Positions 19,550 to 28,986 of a stretch of DNA of 64,000 nucleotides are shown here, in pieces. How positions within the stretch are numbered: the first letter of the stretch is position 1; the number at the start of each line of letters is the position of its first letter. The notes under the pieces are model-generated. The model searched no databases and was not told the DNA's origin. It saw only the letters and a program-made list of their open reading frames with translations. A program made the translations under genes and the position numbers. The stretch lies in NCBI GenBank assembly GCA_041192365.1, contig JBEENB010000003.1:2816-66815 (forward strand). Reading direction: 5' to 3'. This DNA comes from Actinomycetota bacterium (GTDB lineage Bacteria > Actinomycetota > Actinomycetes > Actinomycetales > Microbacteriaceae).

Positions 19550-19861
19550 TTATGCGCGGCGACGGTATTTGCGGCGCTCGCGCTCGGACAGGCCACCCCA
19601 AATACCAAAACGTTCGTCGTTCGCAAGAGCGTATTCGAGACATTCGGTTTTCACGGTGCATTCTGCACAAATTCGCTTTGCATCGCGGGTGGACCCGCCC
19701 TTCTCGGGGAAAAAGGCCTCGGGGTCGGTCTGGGTGCATAAGGCATCGGCTTGCCACGCGAGTGGGTTGTCGTCACCGACGGCATTACCAGTGCCGATGA
19801 CACCCAATCGGAGTGGGTCGATTGCCCAGTTCCCGGGGACGTCATTGCGATAATCAGTCAT
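19550..19861 (-). CDS. whiB2: WhiB-family transcription factor (WhiB2/WhiB type)
   Basis: 103 aa from ATG 19861, with AGGAGG 10 nt upstream. ALCTQTDPEAFFPEKGG...CAECTVKTEC...GIWGGLSERERRKYRRR. Confidence 0.9.
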   Translation of the reverse strand: MTDYRNDVPGNWAIDPLRLGVIGTGNAVGDDNPLAWQADALCTQTDPEAFFPEKGGSTRDAKRICAECTVKTECLEYALANDERFGIWGGLSERERRKYRRRA

Positions 19862-19898
19862 GACGAGTTTTCCTCCTAGTGGGTCAGCGAGACACCTA

Positions 19899-19927
19899 AT
19901 TACACCGCTGTTATTCCTAATAGTCAA
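19899..19927 (-). promoter_or_regulatory. possible whiB2 promoter (TTGACT - 17 nt - TGTAAT)
   Basis: In an AT-rich patch just downstream of the manA stop codon: -35 TTGACT (19922-19927) and -10-like TGTAAT (19899-19904) with a 17-nt spacer. The -10 has G at position 2, so this is weak. Confidence 0.3.
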
Positions 19928-19928
19928 G

Positions 19929-21086
19929 TTATGTTTGTGAAAAATTTAGTGTAGGCGAATGAGCCACAAAAATCCGCCCGGTCCCAGTGACCCGGTGAAC
20001 AGTTTCTCCCGCCTCGATGAATACAGAACTGCCCCGAGGAAGCCCATATTCAGCGTCGGAATAGAGCATCACTTCTCCCGCCACCACAATGGCGATAGCC
20101 GGTCCCGGAATTGCGACGTGAACGTCGTGATGTGCCTCAATCTCGGTCAGGATGAAATCGTCAAGTCCGGGGTCGAATGTGCGCACGCCGTTCGACTCGG
20201 TCGCGTCGAGTCGTGGCTCGTGCAGTTCGCGAAAATCGAGAACATCGAGAAGTTCAGGGATGTCTACATGCTTCGACGTGAGCCCACCCCGGAGAACATT
20301 GTCGCTCGCGGCCATCACTTCGATTCCAAGCCCGTTTAGGTAGGCGTGAATGTTTCCCGCCGGCAGGAACAGTGCCTCACCGGGACGGAGCATCACGTGG
20401 TTGAGAAGAATCGACACGCCAATACCGGGATCGCCGGGGAAATGGCCGGACAACACCCGCGCGGTCTCGAGGGCGTCATCGACGACAGCGTCGGATGGTG
20501 CTCGGATTCCCGCCGACAACGCCTCGACGAGTTGGTTCATGCCGTCACCTCGAGTCAGCATCCATTCGACCGCAACCTCGAGTCCTGTGGTGACCGCGCT
20601 CGCCAATTCCGATGAGCCGGGGGTGCCCTGGCGGATGAGCTCGGCAATGATCGAGGCTCGCTCGGCGCTCGGCCGAAACCCACACAGTGCAGAAAACTCC
20701 GAGAGTGCAACGATAACTTCGGGTTTGTGATTGGCGTCTCGATAGTTTCGATTCGGAGAATCAGGGTCGAGCCCGGCATCGTTCTCCTTGTCAAACCCGT
20801 GCTCGGCTTGAACACGAGTCGGATGTGCCTGAATGGACAACGGTGATTCTGCCGCCAAAACCTTCAGAAGGAACGGTAGCGGCCCGGTTCCGAAGCGCTC
20901 AGGGTGCGACGCCCCCCATTCGATGAGCGACTGTCCCGTCGACTTCACTCGAGCCGGACACGCTGGGTGGTCACCGAGCCAGAGTTCGGCTTCTGTCGAC
21001 CCGGACGGGACCGTCCCGAGCAAGCCCGCGATCGCCGACGTCGAGCCCCACGCATAGTCACGCGGAGTATTGACAATCTCGAACAC
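19929..21086 (-). CDS. manA: mannose-6-phosphate isomerase, class I
   Basis: 385 aa, GTG start with GGAGG 7 nt upstream. DYAWGS, the LSIQAHP zinc-site motif, and a cupin C-terminus. Confidence 0.92.
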   Translation of the reverse strand: MFEIVNTPRDYAWGSTSAIAGLLGTVPSGSTEAELWLGDHPACPARVKSTGQSLIEWGASHPERFGTGPLPFLLKVLAAESPLSIQAHPTRVQAEHGFDKENDAGLDPDSPNRNYRDANHKPEVIVALSEFSALCGFRPSAERASIIAELIRQGTPGSSELASAVTTGLEVAVEWMLTRGDGMNQLVEALSAGIRAPSDAVVDDALETARVLSGHFPGDPGIGVSILLNHVMLRPGEALFLPAGNIHAYLNGLGIEVMAASDNVLRGGLTSKHVDIPELLDVLDFRELHEPRLDATESNGVRTFDPGLDDFILTEIEAHHDVHVAIPGPAIAIVVAGEVMLYSDAEYGLPRGSSVFIEAGETVHRVTGTGRIFVAHSPTLNFSQT

Positions 21087-21109
21087 CGCAACACCTCCAC
21101 GTCCCTCAC

Positions 21110-21115
21110 TAGGCT
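21110..21115 (+). promoter_or_regulatory. candidate -10 element (TAGGCT)
   Basis: TAGGCT ends 8 nt before GTG 21124. Only 37 bp separate this gene from divergent manA. Confidence 0.4.
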
Positions 21116-21123
21116 AGTGTCCC

Positions 21124-22371
21124 GTGGCCCAAATTATTGCGAAGAAACCCGTGATGGTGGCAATCCTCACGCTTCTTTTCGCCGGTGATTTCTTTCGCAA
21201 CGCGCTCACCGTCCCAGTTTGGGCCGCTCTCGTCATCGCTACATCGATGTGGTCGCTCGTCATCGTCATCATTAACCGGGTCACGTGGCGGGCACTTCCA
21301 ATTCCTCTACTCGCGTTATTGGGGTGGTGGGCAATCACCCCCGTGTGGTCCCCGTACGCGACGACATCTCTCTTCATGTTGCTCACTGTGCTGCTGGGCG
21401 TTCTCTTCGGACTCGCGATTACTAGTGCCATTCCCGTGGAGGAGTTGGTTCGCCAGTCAGCGCTGAGTTTGCGCCTCATTCTTTTCGGTTCCATCCTTTT
21501 CGAATTGAGTGTGGCACTCATCGGGCACCCGGTTTATCCGGTCGGTTTTTCCGAGACGTCTGCGACACCCATCGAAATGGCGTGGAGCCGCGGACTTTTT
21601 TTTTCGGCCGGCCGAATCCAAGGTCTCGTGGGCAATGCGAATGTGCTCGGAATGCTCGGGCTGGTGCTGCTCATCATCGGGCTCTGGCGTGTGTACGCGT
21701 CGCGACAATGGCGCACGGTGTCGGTTCTCGATGCGGCGCTCGCTATCGTCATCATTGCCCGGACCATGTCGGCAACCGTCACGGTCACACTTGTATCGCT
21801 GGCAGTCCTCCTTGGACTCACCGCGCTGGCGCGCCGGAATGGCCCGTGGTGGCGTATTGGTTTGGGTGGTGCCGTGGCCGTCATCGGCGGCGCCATGGTT
21901 GCCGCGATGTCCCAATGGTCGGGGGTTGTCGCCCTTTTGGGCAAGTCCCCCGACCTCACCCACCGAATTGACATTTGGTCCGCGGTCGTTGACCGCATCG
22001 CTGAGAAACCGATTCTGGGGTCGGGTTTTGTCGGATGGTGGCCGAATTGGGACCCGTGGTTTGCGATTCATGCGGTCGACGGCATGCCAATGTCCCAGGC
22101 ACACAATGTGTGGCTCGATATCACAATGCAAAGCGGACTTGTGGGGGCACTACTCTTCGCCGTCACGCTCATCATCACACTGTGGACCTTGTGGCGAACG
22201 TTCGCTCAATCACCCTTGTCGATTGCGGCGGTGCCGTTTCTCGTCCTGTGTGCCCTGACGGTTCAGTCACTGACCGAGAGCCGACTTCTGCACGAGTGGG
22301 GTTTCGTCAGCTTCATCACCTGTGCGATCATCGCGGAGCGCATTCGGGTCGGACCTATCGATAAACTTTGA
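21124..22371 (+). CDS. O-antigen ligase/polymerase-like (Wzy_C family) polytopic membrane protein
   Basis: 415 aa with about 11 TM helices. The large loop SPDLTHRIDIWSAVVDRIAEKPILGSGFVGWW...AHNVWLD is typical of Wzy_C/O-antigen ligase domains. Start ambiguous (GTG 21124 or ATG 21154). Confidence 0.8.
   Translation: MAQIIAKKPVMVAILTLLFAGDFFRNALTVPVWAALVIATSMWSLVIVIINRVTWRALPIPLLALLGWWAITPVWSPYATTSLFMLLTVLLGVLFGLAITSAIPVEELVRQSALSLRLILFGSILFELSVALIGHPVYPVGFSETSATPIEMAWSRGLFFSAGRIQGLVGNANVLGMLGLVLLIIGLWRVYASRQWRTVSVLDAALAIVIIARTMSATVTVTLVSLAVLLGLTALARRNGPWWRIGLGGAVAVIGGAMVAAMSQWSGVVALLGKSPDLTHRIDIWSAVVDRIAEKPILGSGFVGWWPNWDPWFAIHAVDGMPMSQAHNVWLDITMQSGLVGALLFAVTLIITLWTLWRTFAQSPLSIAAVPFLVLCALTVQSLTESRLLHEWGFVSFITCAIIAERIRVGPIDKL
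21596..21604 (+). repeat. T9 homopolymer inside the Wzy_C-like CDS
   Basis: cggaCTTTTTTTTTCggcc encodes G-L-F-F-S. Longest mononucleotide run I found in the window. Confidence 0.95.
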
Positions 22372-24280
22372 TGCTCCCGCGTTGGAACGATTGAGTCCAG
22401 GCCGTTGAGGTCGATTTGGCGATGCCCTTGGGCCAGCCGTACTTACCCCTGGCTCCATTTTTAGCGAGATACGCGTCCCACAGAACATCAGGCATCGCGA
22501 AAGCACCGGGCGTCCCACGAACGATTGTGCCGCCCTCGAATGTTTGTTTGGATCCGAGAAATCCGTCTTTACCCCGGTATTCCATCGCATTGTTCGTCGG
22601 GACGCCTAAATATCCCGACATCCCGCCCGCGACACGAAGTGCCCTCAGTGTGTCCTTCGGGATGAGAACTCCCTGTGCGGATCCGACCTTGACGACACGA
22701 CCTGCCGAATAAAGTTGGAACAGTTGGCCGTCGGCGCGGACGGGTTCGGCGAGCGGCCAGCCAACCTCTTCGACACCACCGACATCCTCGAGAGCGGCGG
22801 CAAGTGCGTCGGCGACGAGATAGGCCGCGCCGTCCTTCTCGTAAACTGTTCCGTTTTCAAACTGTTGGATTCGACCGGTTCCGAACGACCCGAAAGTTCG
22901 GGTCTCTGCCGCACTGAGTGGGAGTCCCCACGGACTGTTTATCCCTCCGTTTGCCAGCAGATATTCGCCGATGGCGCCATCGAGGACAAGGAACGTGTCG
23001 GTGGGACTTGACACGACGTATCCGCCGGCGAAATCTTGATCGCACTTTCCGTCTGTGCAGGATGCGTCACCCGTCGGCCACCCGAGCGAACCGCTGGGTC
23101 CTCCCGCCTCGCTGTAATAGGCAAAAACGTCATTGAGCACGATGAACGTTGCGTCTGTCGGGTCACGGTAAATAAATCCCTTGGCGAACTTCTGGCGAGA
23201 GCCGTCTCCGTTTGAACCACCATTGACTGATTCCGTCGGCCTCGAGATCGGCCCGAGGAGGCCACTAACTCCACCTGCCGACTGGTACTTGGTCGCGATG
23301 GGACCTGTCACATACTTGAGTCCCTCAGTGATGTTCCAGGTTGCAACTGCGTTGTCATAATCGGCAGAGCAGGTGTTTGCCGTTTCTGTGCACGAGGAAT
23401 CATCAATCAACGTCCCCCAGTCGCCCGTAATGGCAGCGCCCTGGTCGACAATATCTGCGGAAAGGTTGGCGTGAGCGTTAAACCAATAGCTGTACCACTC
23501 CCAGAAGTTGCTATTTCCATAACTGGAACAGCTGTCCCCCGTCCCAGCGAGGTTCGCCAGCGCCGCGTCGTTCGGTGTGTACGGAGTGTAAATGTACAAC
23601 GCGTGTGTCGCGAGGTTCATAATTTTCACAGACTTTGTGCCACAACGCGCATTGGGATGAAAAAGAATCGGCGATCGGACCCCAACCGGCTTGGAATTAT
23701 AAAACCTACTCGTGGGTTCGGTGTAACGCTTCAACTGCGACGCCGCAGAATAAACCTGGTTGTAGAACCCAAAATACTTGGCGTCACACGGGGCAGTGTC
23801 CGGGCACGCATACCCCGTTGCAATCTTGAGTTTGTCGGCGGTCGGGTTGGCGTTGGTAATCAGTCCCTGTTCTTTTTGCAACAGGACGAGAAGTACCTTC
23901 GCGCTGATGTTGCACGCGCGTTGAACCTTGTAAATGATCTGCGCCGCCGTTTCATTCTTTGCACCGACGTAGCTTTCGCAGAGAGGGTCCAGGCCATCGT
24001 CCTGAACCGACGTCGCCTCCCGTGTAAACGTTTCTTGCGTGTATACCGACAGGCAGAGGTTGAGCGATCCACACTGTCTTACCTTTTTCGATAAAAACGT
24101 TTGTATCTCTTGCTCCGTCATTGCGGTCTTATCAAAGAATTGGGCATCCGAAATGATGTCTCCCGCTACGAAGTCGTTCCCGGAAAGTGTCAACGCGTTC
24201 GCCGAAGTGGGCACCAAAAACCCCGCGGCGACGGTGAATGTCGCTACGGCGGCGAAAACTCGCTTCCATAAATTGGACAC
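22355..24280 (-). CDS. secreted cell-wall-associated protein: putative peptidoglycan-hydrolase-like N-domain plus six LGFP repeats
   Basis: 641 aa. Signal peptide VSNLWKRVFAAVATFTVAAGFLVPTSANA. The N-domain has ISAKVLLVLLQKEQGLI. The C-terminal half has six ~50-aa repeats with the L/WG-x-P ... Q-x-F-x-x-G pattern (LLGPIS, LGWPTG, WGLPLS, VGWPLA, LGVPTN, YGWPKG). Confidence 0.75.
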   Translation of the reverse strand: MSNLWKRVFAAVATFTVAAGFLVPTSANALTLSGNDFVAGDIISDAQFFDKTAMTEQEIQTFLSKKVRQCGSLNLCLSVYTQETFTREATSVQDDGLDPLCESYVGAKNETAAQIIYKVQRACNISAKVLLVLLQKEQGLITNANPTADKLKIATGYACPDTAPCDAKYFGFYNQVYSAASQLKRYTEPTSRFYNSKPVGVRSPILFHPNARCGTKSVKIMNLATHALYIYTPYTPNDAALANLAGTGDSCSSYGNSNFWEWYSYWFNAHANLSADIVDQGAAITGDWGTLIDDSSCTETANTCSADYDNAVATWNITEGLKYVTGPIATKYQSAGGVSGLLGPISRPTESVNGGSNGDGSRQKFAKGFIYRDPTDATFIVLNDVFAYYSEAGGPSGSLGWPTGDASCTDGKCDQDFAGGYVVSSPTDTFLVLDGAIGEYLLANGGINSPWGLPLSAAETRTFGSFGTGRIQQFENGTVYEKDGAAYLVADALAAALEDVGGVEEVGWPLAEPVRADGQLFQLYSAGRVVKVGSAQGVLIPKDTLRALRVAGGMSGYLGVPTNNAMEYRGKDGFLGSKQTFEGGTIVRGTPGAFAMPDVLWDAYLAKNGARGKYGWPKGIAKSTSTAWTQSFQRGSIKVYR

Positions 24281-24382
24281 GACTCAAACCCCTTTACACA
24301 GGTGTAATCCGAGTGTATGTTACGCAATTGCGAAATCCGCGGAAGCAGTAAGTCCGTCGTCACACCGAGCGAGTTGGCTAGC

Positions 24383-25255
24383 ATGGGTTGCGTGAGTAGC
24401 CCCCACCCCGCGACGAGCATCGGAATTGTGACAGTGTCATTCCGATCAAGCGACGCCATTCGTCATTTGTTGGCATCGATTCCCAGCTCAACTTCTCACC
24501 CCGTCGACATCGTCGTCGTCGATAACGTTCCCGGCGGTGACGAGGAACTTGTCGAAGCGTTGGTGGGTTCAACTGCACGCATCGTGCACCGACCCGACAA
24601 TCCGGGTTACGGTGGCGGAATCAACGCCGGGATCGCATCGCTCAATTCTGACATTGGCTGGATTTTCGTCGTCAACCCCGATGTCACACTGGATTCGGGG
24701 TCGCTCGACGAACTGGTTCGCGTCGGTAACCGTGAACCAACCATCGGTGCACTGGGCCCGCGGATTCGCGATCCGAAGGGTACCGTCTATCCATCTGCAC
24801 GCGCTATCCCGTCGCTGAGGCTCGGAGTCGGCCACGCGCTGTTGGGAGACCTCGCGCCGGCCAACCCGTGGACTCGCCACTACCACCGGTCCGCCGACTA
24901 CGCCATCGAGCGCGACGCAGGATGGCTCAGTGGCGCGTGTGTCCTCGTGCGGCGAACCGCATTTGACAGCGTTGGCGGTTTTGACGATGGGTTCTTTATG
25001 TATTTCGAGGACGTGGACCTCGGTTTCCGACTGGGCCTGGGCGGTTGGCGCAACGTCTTTGTGCCGAGCGCAACGGTCGAGCACGAGGGCGGGCATTCGA
25101 CCCGACAACACTCGGCCTCCATGATCACTGCGCATCATGCGAGTGCTCGTCGTTGGGTTGGCAAACGCTATCCAGGCATCGTGTGGTGGCCGGTTCGCTT
25201 CATCGTAACGGTCGGGCTTCGATTACGCGAGTCGGCGAAAACGCGCCAACGCTAG
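24383..25255 (+). CDS. wbbL: GT2 rhamnosyltransferase, WbbL-like
   Basis: [10 protein letters not shown]...DIVVVDN...[11 protein letters not shown]...FVVNPDV...[12 protein letters not shown] are GT2/WbbL hallmarks. Start ambiguous: ATG 24383, or GTG 24392 which has TAGCAT 7 nt upstream. Confidence 0.85.
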   Translation: MGCVSSPHPATSIGIVTVSFRSSDAIRHLLASIPSSTSHPVDIVVVDNVPGGDEELVEALVGSTARIVHRPDNPGYGGGINAGIASLNSDIGWIFVVNPDVTLDSGSLDELVRVGNREPTIGALGPRIRDPKGTVYPSARAIPSLRLGVGHALLGDLAPANPWTRHYHRSADYAIERDAGWLSGACVLVRRTAFDSVGGFDDGFFMYFEDVDLGFRLGLGGWRNVFVPSATVEHEGGHSTRQHSASMITAHHASARRWVGKRYPGIVWWPVRFIVTVGLRLRESAKTRQR

Positions 25256-26115
25256 CCGTCGAGAAGTCCCAAAAGATACGCTCCGTAGCCACTCTTTTCG
25301 AGAGGTCCCGCAAGCGTCGCGAGTTGGTCCGACGTGATCCACCTTTTTCGCCACGCGATTTCCTCCGGGCAGGCAATCTTTGAGCCGGTTCGACGTTCGA
25401 CCGCGCGAACATATTCCGACGCGTCCATCATCGAATCTATTGTTCCCGTGTCAAACCACATCGTTCCCGCGTCGAGCACGCTGACGCGAAGGCGTCCGTC
25501 GCGCAAATAGTGATTGCTCACCGACGTGATTTCAAGTTCACCGCGCCGACTCGGCTTGATACCCTTCGCCACATCAACGACATCGGGGCCATAAAAGTAA
25601 ACGCCGGGGATCGCGAATCGAGATTTTGGCTTCAGTGGTTTCTCTTCAATGGAGAGCGCGGTGCCATCGGCGCCAAATTCGATAACGCCGTAACGCTCGG
25701 GGTCATCAACGGGGTACGCAAAAATGTGACCGCCCTCGAAATTCGTCGTGTCGGGAAGTGCGCTCTCGAAATCAGACCCGTGAAAAATGTTGTCGCCGAG
25801 CGCTAACGCCACCGAATCACCCACGGTAAAAGATTCGCCAATAATGAAAGCTTGCGCCAGTCCGTCGGGGCTCGGCTGAATCGCAAACTCGATTCGCATT
25901 CCCCACGCGGAGCCGTCGCCGAGCAGAGTCCGAAACAAATCGGCGTGCTCGGGGGCAGTGATAATCAATACTTCGCGAACTCCGGCGGTCATCAATGTCG
26001 ACAACGGGTAGTACACCATCGGTTTGTCATAAATCGGAATGAGCTGCTTGGAATTCCCGAGGGTAATCGGCCAGAGCCGAGAGCCTGTGCCTCCCGCCAA
26101 AATGATGCCTTTCAT
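25252..26115 (-). CDS. rmlA: glucose-1-phosphate thymidylyltransferase
   Basis: [18 protein letters not shown]. 287 aa from ATG 26115, which forms an ATGA overlap with the rmlC stop. Confidence 0.95.
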   Translation of the reverse strand: MKGIILAGGTGSRLWPITLGNSKQLIPIYDKPMVYYPLSTLMTAGVREVLIITAPEHADLFRTLLGDGSAWGMRIEFAIQPSPDGLAQAFIIGESFTVGDSVALALGDNIFHGSDFESALPDTTNFEGGHIFAYPVDDPERYGVIEFGADGTALSIEEKPLKPKSRFAIPGVYFYGPDVVDVAKGIKPSRRGELEITSVSNHYLRDGRLRVSVLDAGTMWFDTGTIDSMMDASEYVRAVERRTGSKIACPEEIAWRKRWITSDQLATLAGPLEKSGYGAYLLGLLDG

Positions 26116-26684
26116 CGACCCTCCCATTTCGGCAGTGAACCCGCAGCGAGAGCCTCGGCGAGGGTAGGAGCGGAGATGTCTTTGTCAGACAACACGAGTT
26201 CGATTCCGGGCGGGAAGGTCAGGGCAATGTCGCGATCGAGCGGATTAATGCCGTGTTCGCGTTCCGGACGGTAAATGTCGGTGACCAAGTACGTGACGGT
26301 CGTGAGGTCGTCTAGCGCGATAAAGGCATGCCCCAACCCTGGTTCGATGAGAATCGCGTCGTGATTTTTGCTGTCCAGCGTCACGCCTTCCCATTGGCCA
26401 AAAGTTGGCGAGCCGTCGCGAATGTCCACGACGAAGTCGATAATTGAACCTGTAAGGGGCATCACGTATTTCGCTTGCCCTGGCGGTACATCCGCATAAT
26501 GAATACCTCGAACGACACCCCGCGAGGATTGCGAAATGTTCGCTTGAATCGGGTTTAGCCGAAACCCCGTCGCGGTCTCAAGGTCGTCTGCTCGGAACCA
26601 TTCAGAAAACGAACCGCGCGCGTCGCCAAAAATTTGTGGGGCAATACGCCACGCACCTGCGATGCGTAATGGTTGAATGTCCAC
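26112..26684 (-). CDS. rmlC: dTDP-4-dehydrorhamnose 3,5-epimerase
   Basis: GTG 26684 gives [30 protein letters not shown], a classic RmlC N-terminus. RGIHY and HAFIAL motifs. The ORF-track TTG 26744 would overlap the divergent GT4. Confidence 0.92.
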   Translation of the reverse strand: MDIQPLRIAGAWRIAPQIFGDARGSFSEWFRADDLETATGFRLNPIQANISQSSRGVVRGIHYADVPPGQAKYVMPLTGSIIDFVVDIRDGSPTFGQWEGVTLDSKNHDAILIEPGLGHAFIALDDLTTVTYLVTDIYRPEREHGINPLDRDIALTFPPGIELVLSDKDISAPTLAEALAAGSLPKWEGR

Positions 26685-26690
26685 GTGACC

Positions 26691-26696
26691 ATAGTA
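26691..26696 (-). promoter_or_regulatory. candidate -10 element (TACTAT) of leaderless rmlC-rmlA
   Basis: TACTAT on the minus strand ends 6 nt before GTG 26684. No SD. Confidence 0.5.
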
Positions 26697-26714
26697 ACGA
26701 CAGCGGTTTGAGCG

Positions 26715-27821
26715 ATGACGTCGACCGCCGTGATCCTCGACCAAGTGGTCGCACCTGTCCCCGGCGGAATCGGGCGATACGCGCTCAATCTGGTTCGTGC
26801 CCTCACGGCGCGGGTTGATGGCAGCCGGTCACTTGTCGGATTTGTCCCCCGGGTTTCACATGACACAGTTCGCCAACTCGAAGGATTCATACCATTGCTT
26901 AATGGCATCGAGGTCTCACCGTTTCCGCGAGCAGTTCTCGCGCGCGCGTGGGAGCGCGGCGTGGCCGTCCCGAAGCATGAGATCACCTATTCGCCGAGCC
27001 TTTTTGCGCCGCTCGTCGAACACGGTCAGCACATCGTGACGATTCACGATGCTGTGCCGTGGACTCACCCCGAAACGTTGACGGGCCGGGGTGCGCGGTG
27101 GCACCGCGCAATGGGTGAACGCGCTTGCCGCTTCGCTGACATTGTTGTCGTCCCAACGGACGCGGTCGCCTCGCGGATTTCGACTTTCTTGTCGCTCGGG
27201 AATCGCATTCGTGTTATCGGTGGTGCGCCGACATCCGACCTGGTTGTGCCCGTCGATTCCGAAAACCGCAGATCCACCCTGGGTATTCCGGCTGCGTACA
27301 TCACGTTTGTGGGGACCCTAGAACCGCGCAAAGGACTCGAGCAACTCCTCATCGCGCTCGCAACCATCGAGGGTCTTTCGCTCGTGGTCATCGGGCCCCG
27401 GGGTTGGGGTGGTGTGAGCGTCACTGACCTCGTCTCCCGCACGGGAATTGCGCCACACCGTGTCCACGCGCTCGGTCGACTCGACGATGCCGATCTCGCC
27501 GCCGTCCTTTCCACTTCTCGCGGACTGGTCGTGCCCTCAATCGAGGAAGGCTTCGGGCTCCCCGTGCTCGAAGCGATGTCGCTGGGCGTACCGGTGATTC
27601 ATTCAACCGCTGAGGCGCTGCGTGAGGTCGCTGGTCAATCCGCTATCTCTGTTGACGTACACGGCAAAGACGGGATCATCAAGCTCGCTGAGGCCCTGAC
27701 AGGGTTGGATGACGAAAAACTTCGACGCGACCTTGCCTCACGTGGAAAAGCCCGTGCCGCCCAGTTCTCGTGGGATGCGAGCGCGGCTCGGCTCGTGTCC
27801 GTGTTCGAGGAACTGACTTAG
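26715..27821 (+). CDS. GT4-family (GT-B) glycosyltransferase
   Basis: 368 aa. GGIGRYALNL N-terminus and the E-x7-E region EEGFGLPVLEAMSLGVPVI. Confidence 0.88.
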   Translation: MTSTAVILDQVVAPVPGGIGRYALNLVRALTARVDGSRSLVGFVPRVSHDTVRQLEGFIPLLNGIEVSPFPRAVLARAWERGVAVPKHEITYSPSLFAPLVEHGQHIVTIHDAVPWTHPETLTGRGARWHRAMGERACRFADIVVVPTDAVASRISTFLSLGNRIRVIGGAPTSDLVVPVDSENRRSTLGIPAAYITFVGTLEPRKGLEQLLIALATIEGLSLVVIGPRGWGGVSVTDLVSRTGIAPHRVHALGRLDDADLAAVLSTSRGLVVPSIEEGFGLPVLEAMSLGVPVIHSTAEALREVAGQSAISVDVHGKDGIIKLAEALTGLDDEKLRRDLASRGKARAAQFSWDASAARLVSVFEELT

Positions 27822-28939
27822 AGGCCCCAGACTGCGCGATGAGCCGCGAGGCATCTCGACCAGGTGAACTGAGCCGCTCGTTTCGAGGCCGACGTTGACA
27901 ATAAGGTTCGACGCGGCGTGTCCACCAACAGTTCGGTCAACGCACTCCCGATTCCCTCTGGCGTGGTGTCGGAATAGGCCACGGCATCTCCACCCACCTC
28001 GGGGAGTGCCAATGAGCGCGACGTAAGCACAGGTGCGCCACACGACATCGCCTCGATAACGGGTAAACCAAAGCCTTCGCCTTCACTGGGATACGCGACC
28101 ACGATGGCGCCTCCCAGAAATGCCGGCAGATTGTCGAGTGGGATGTATCCGAGGTGTCGCACGTCATAACCGTCGTCGACCGCGTGCGCGATAGCACCGG
28201 CCACTGCACCGTCCCATCCGGGCGCCCCGGCCAGAAGCAGGCTTGGACGTTTCACCATGTCGCGTGTGGCGAGTTGGAACCCCTCGATGAGGGGAACAAC
28301 GTTTTTGCGCGGCTCAATCGTGCCAAGGAACGCAACCCACGATGCCACTTCGTTTGCCTCCGCGAATTTCGCAACAGCGCGAGTCGTGGGCGGGTGGAAC
28401 GTGTCTCGGTCGACACCGTGAAATGCCACCGTAATGTGATCCTTGTTCGCACGGGCCACACGCTGATATTCCGCACCGGTCGCCGCGGACGGGACAATGA
28501 CGTCAAGACCAATGCGGGCGGATGCCACAATCCAGAATTTGAAAAACAACTTCTTCAACGCTGAATGACGATCGGGGTGGGACCAGAAGGTCAGGTCGTG
28601 AATGGTCACAACGCGGTGACGGCCCGTTAACAACGGAAACGTGTAGTGCGGTGAATGAATCGTCGTGGCACGAAGTCGACGCGCGAGCACGGGCAACCCA
28701 ATCTGTTCCCACAAAAATCTCAGGAACACGATCTGAACACGTCGAGGAGCGACAACAAGATCGCAGTCGAGGTCCGCAAACGCCTTCTCATCGCGTGGCT
28801 GGCAGACCACGACAAGGGAGAGACCCGCGAGGACCGATTCGCGGACCAGTTCCTCGACATAACGCCCGACGCCTCCTCGCTGCGCACTGATTGCCGTTGC
28901 GTCCACGAGAACGAGCGGTTGAGCAGACGCTTTCTTCAC
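27818..28939 (-). CDS. GT4-family (GT-B) glycosyltransferase
   Basis: 373 aa, GTG start. RGGVGRYVEEL and EGEGFGLPVIEAMSCGAPVL. Confidence 0.88.
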   Translation of the reverse strand: MKKASAQPLVLVDATAISAQRGGVGRYVEELVRESVLAGLSLVVVCQPRDEKAFADLDCDLVVAPRRVQIVFLRFLWEQIGLPVLARRLRATTIHSPHYTFPLLTGRHRVVTIHDLTFWSHPDRHSALKKLFFKFWIVASARIGLDVIVPSAATGAEYQRVARANKDHITVAFHGVDRDTFHPPTTRAVAKFAEANEVASWVAFLGTIEPRKNVVPLIEGFQLATRDMVKRPSLLLAGAPGWDGAVAGAIAHAVDDGYDVRHLGYIPLDNLPAFLGGAIVVAYPSEGEGFGLPVIEAMSCGAPVLTSRSLALPEVGGDAVAYSDTTPEGIGSALTELLVDTPRRTLLSTSASKRAAQFTWSRCLAAHRAVWGL

Positions 28940-28945
28940 TCGCTC

Positions 28946-28951
28946 AGCCTA
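28946..28951 (-). promoter_or_regulatory. candidate -10 element (TAGGCT) of a leaderless transcript
   Basis: TAGGCT on the minus strand ends 6 nt before GTG 28939. Confidence 0.5.
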
Positions 28952-28986
28952 TTGCCGCACTACGCTGAAGGACGAGGGAGACAGTG

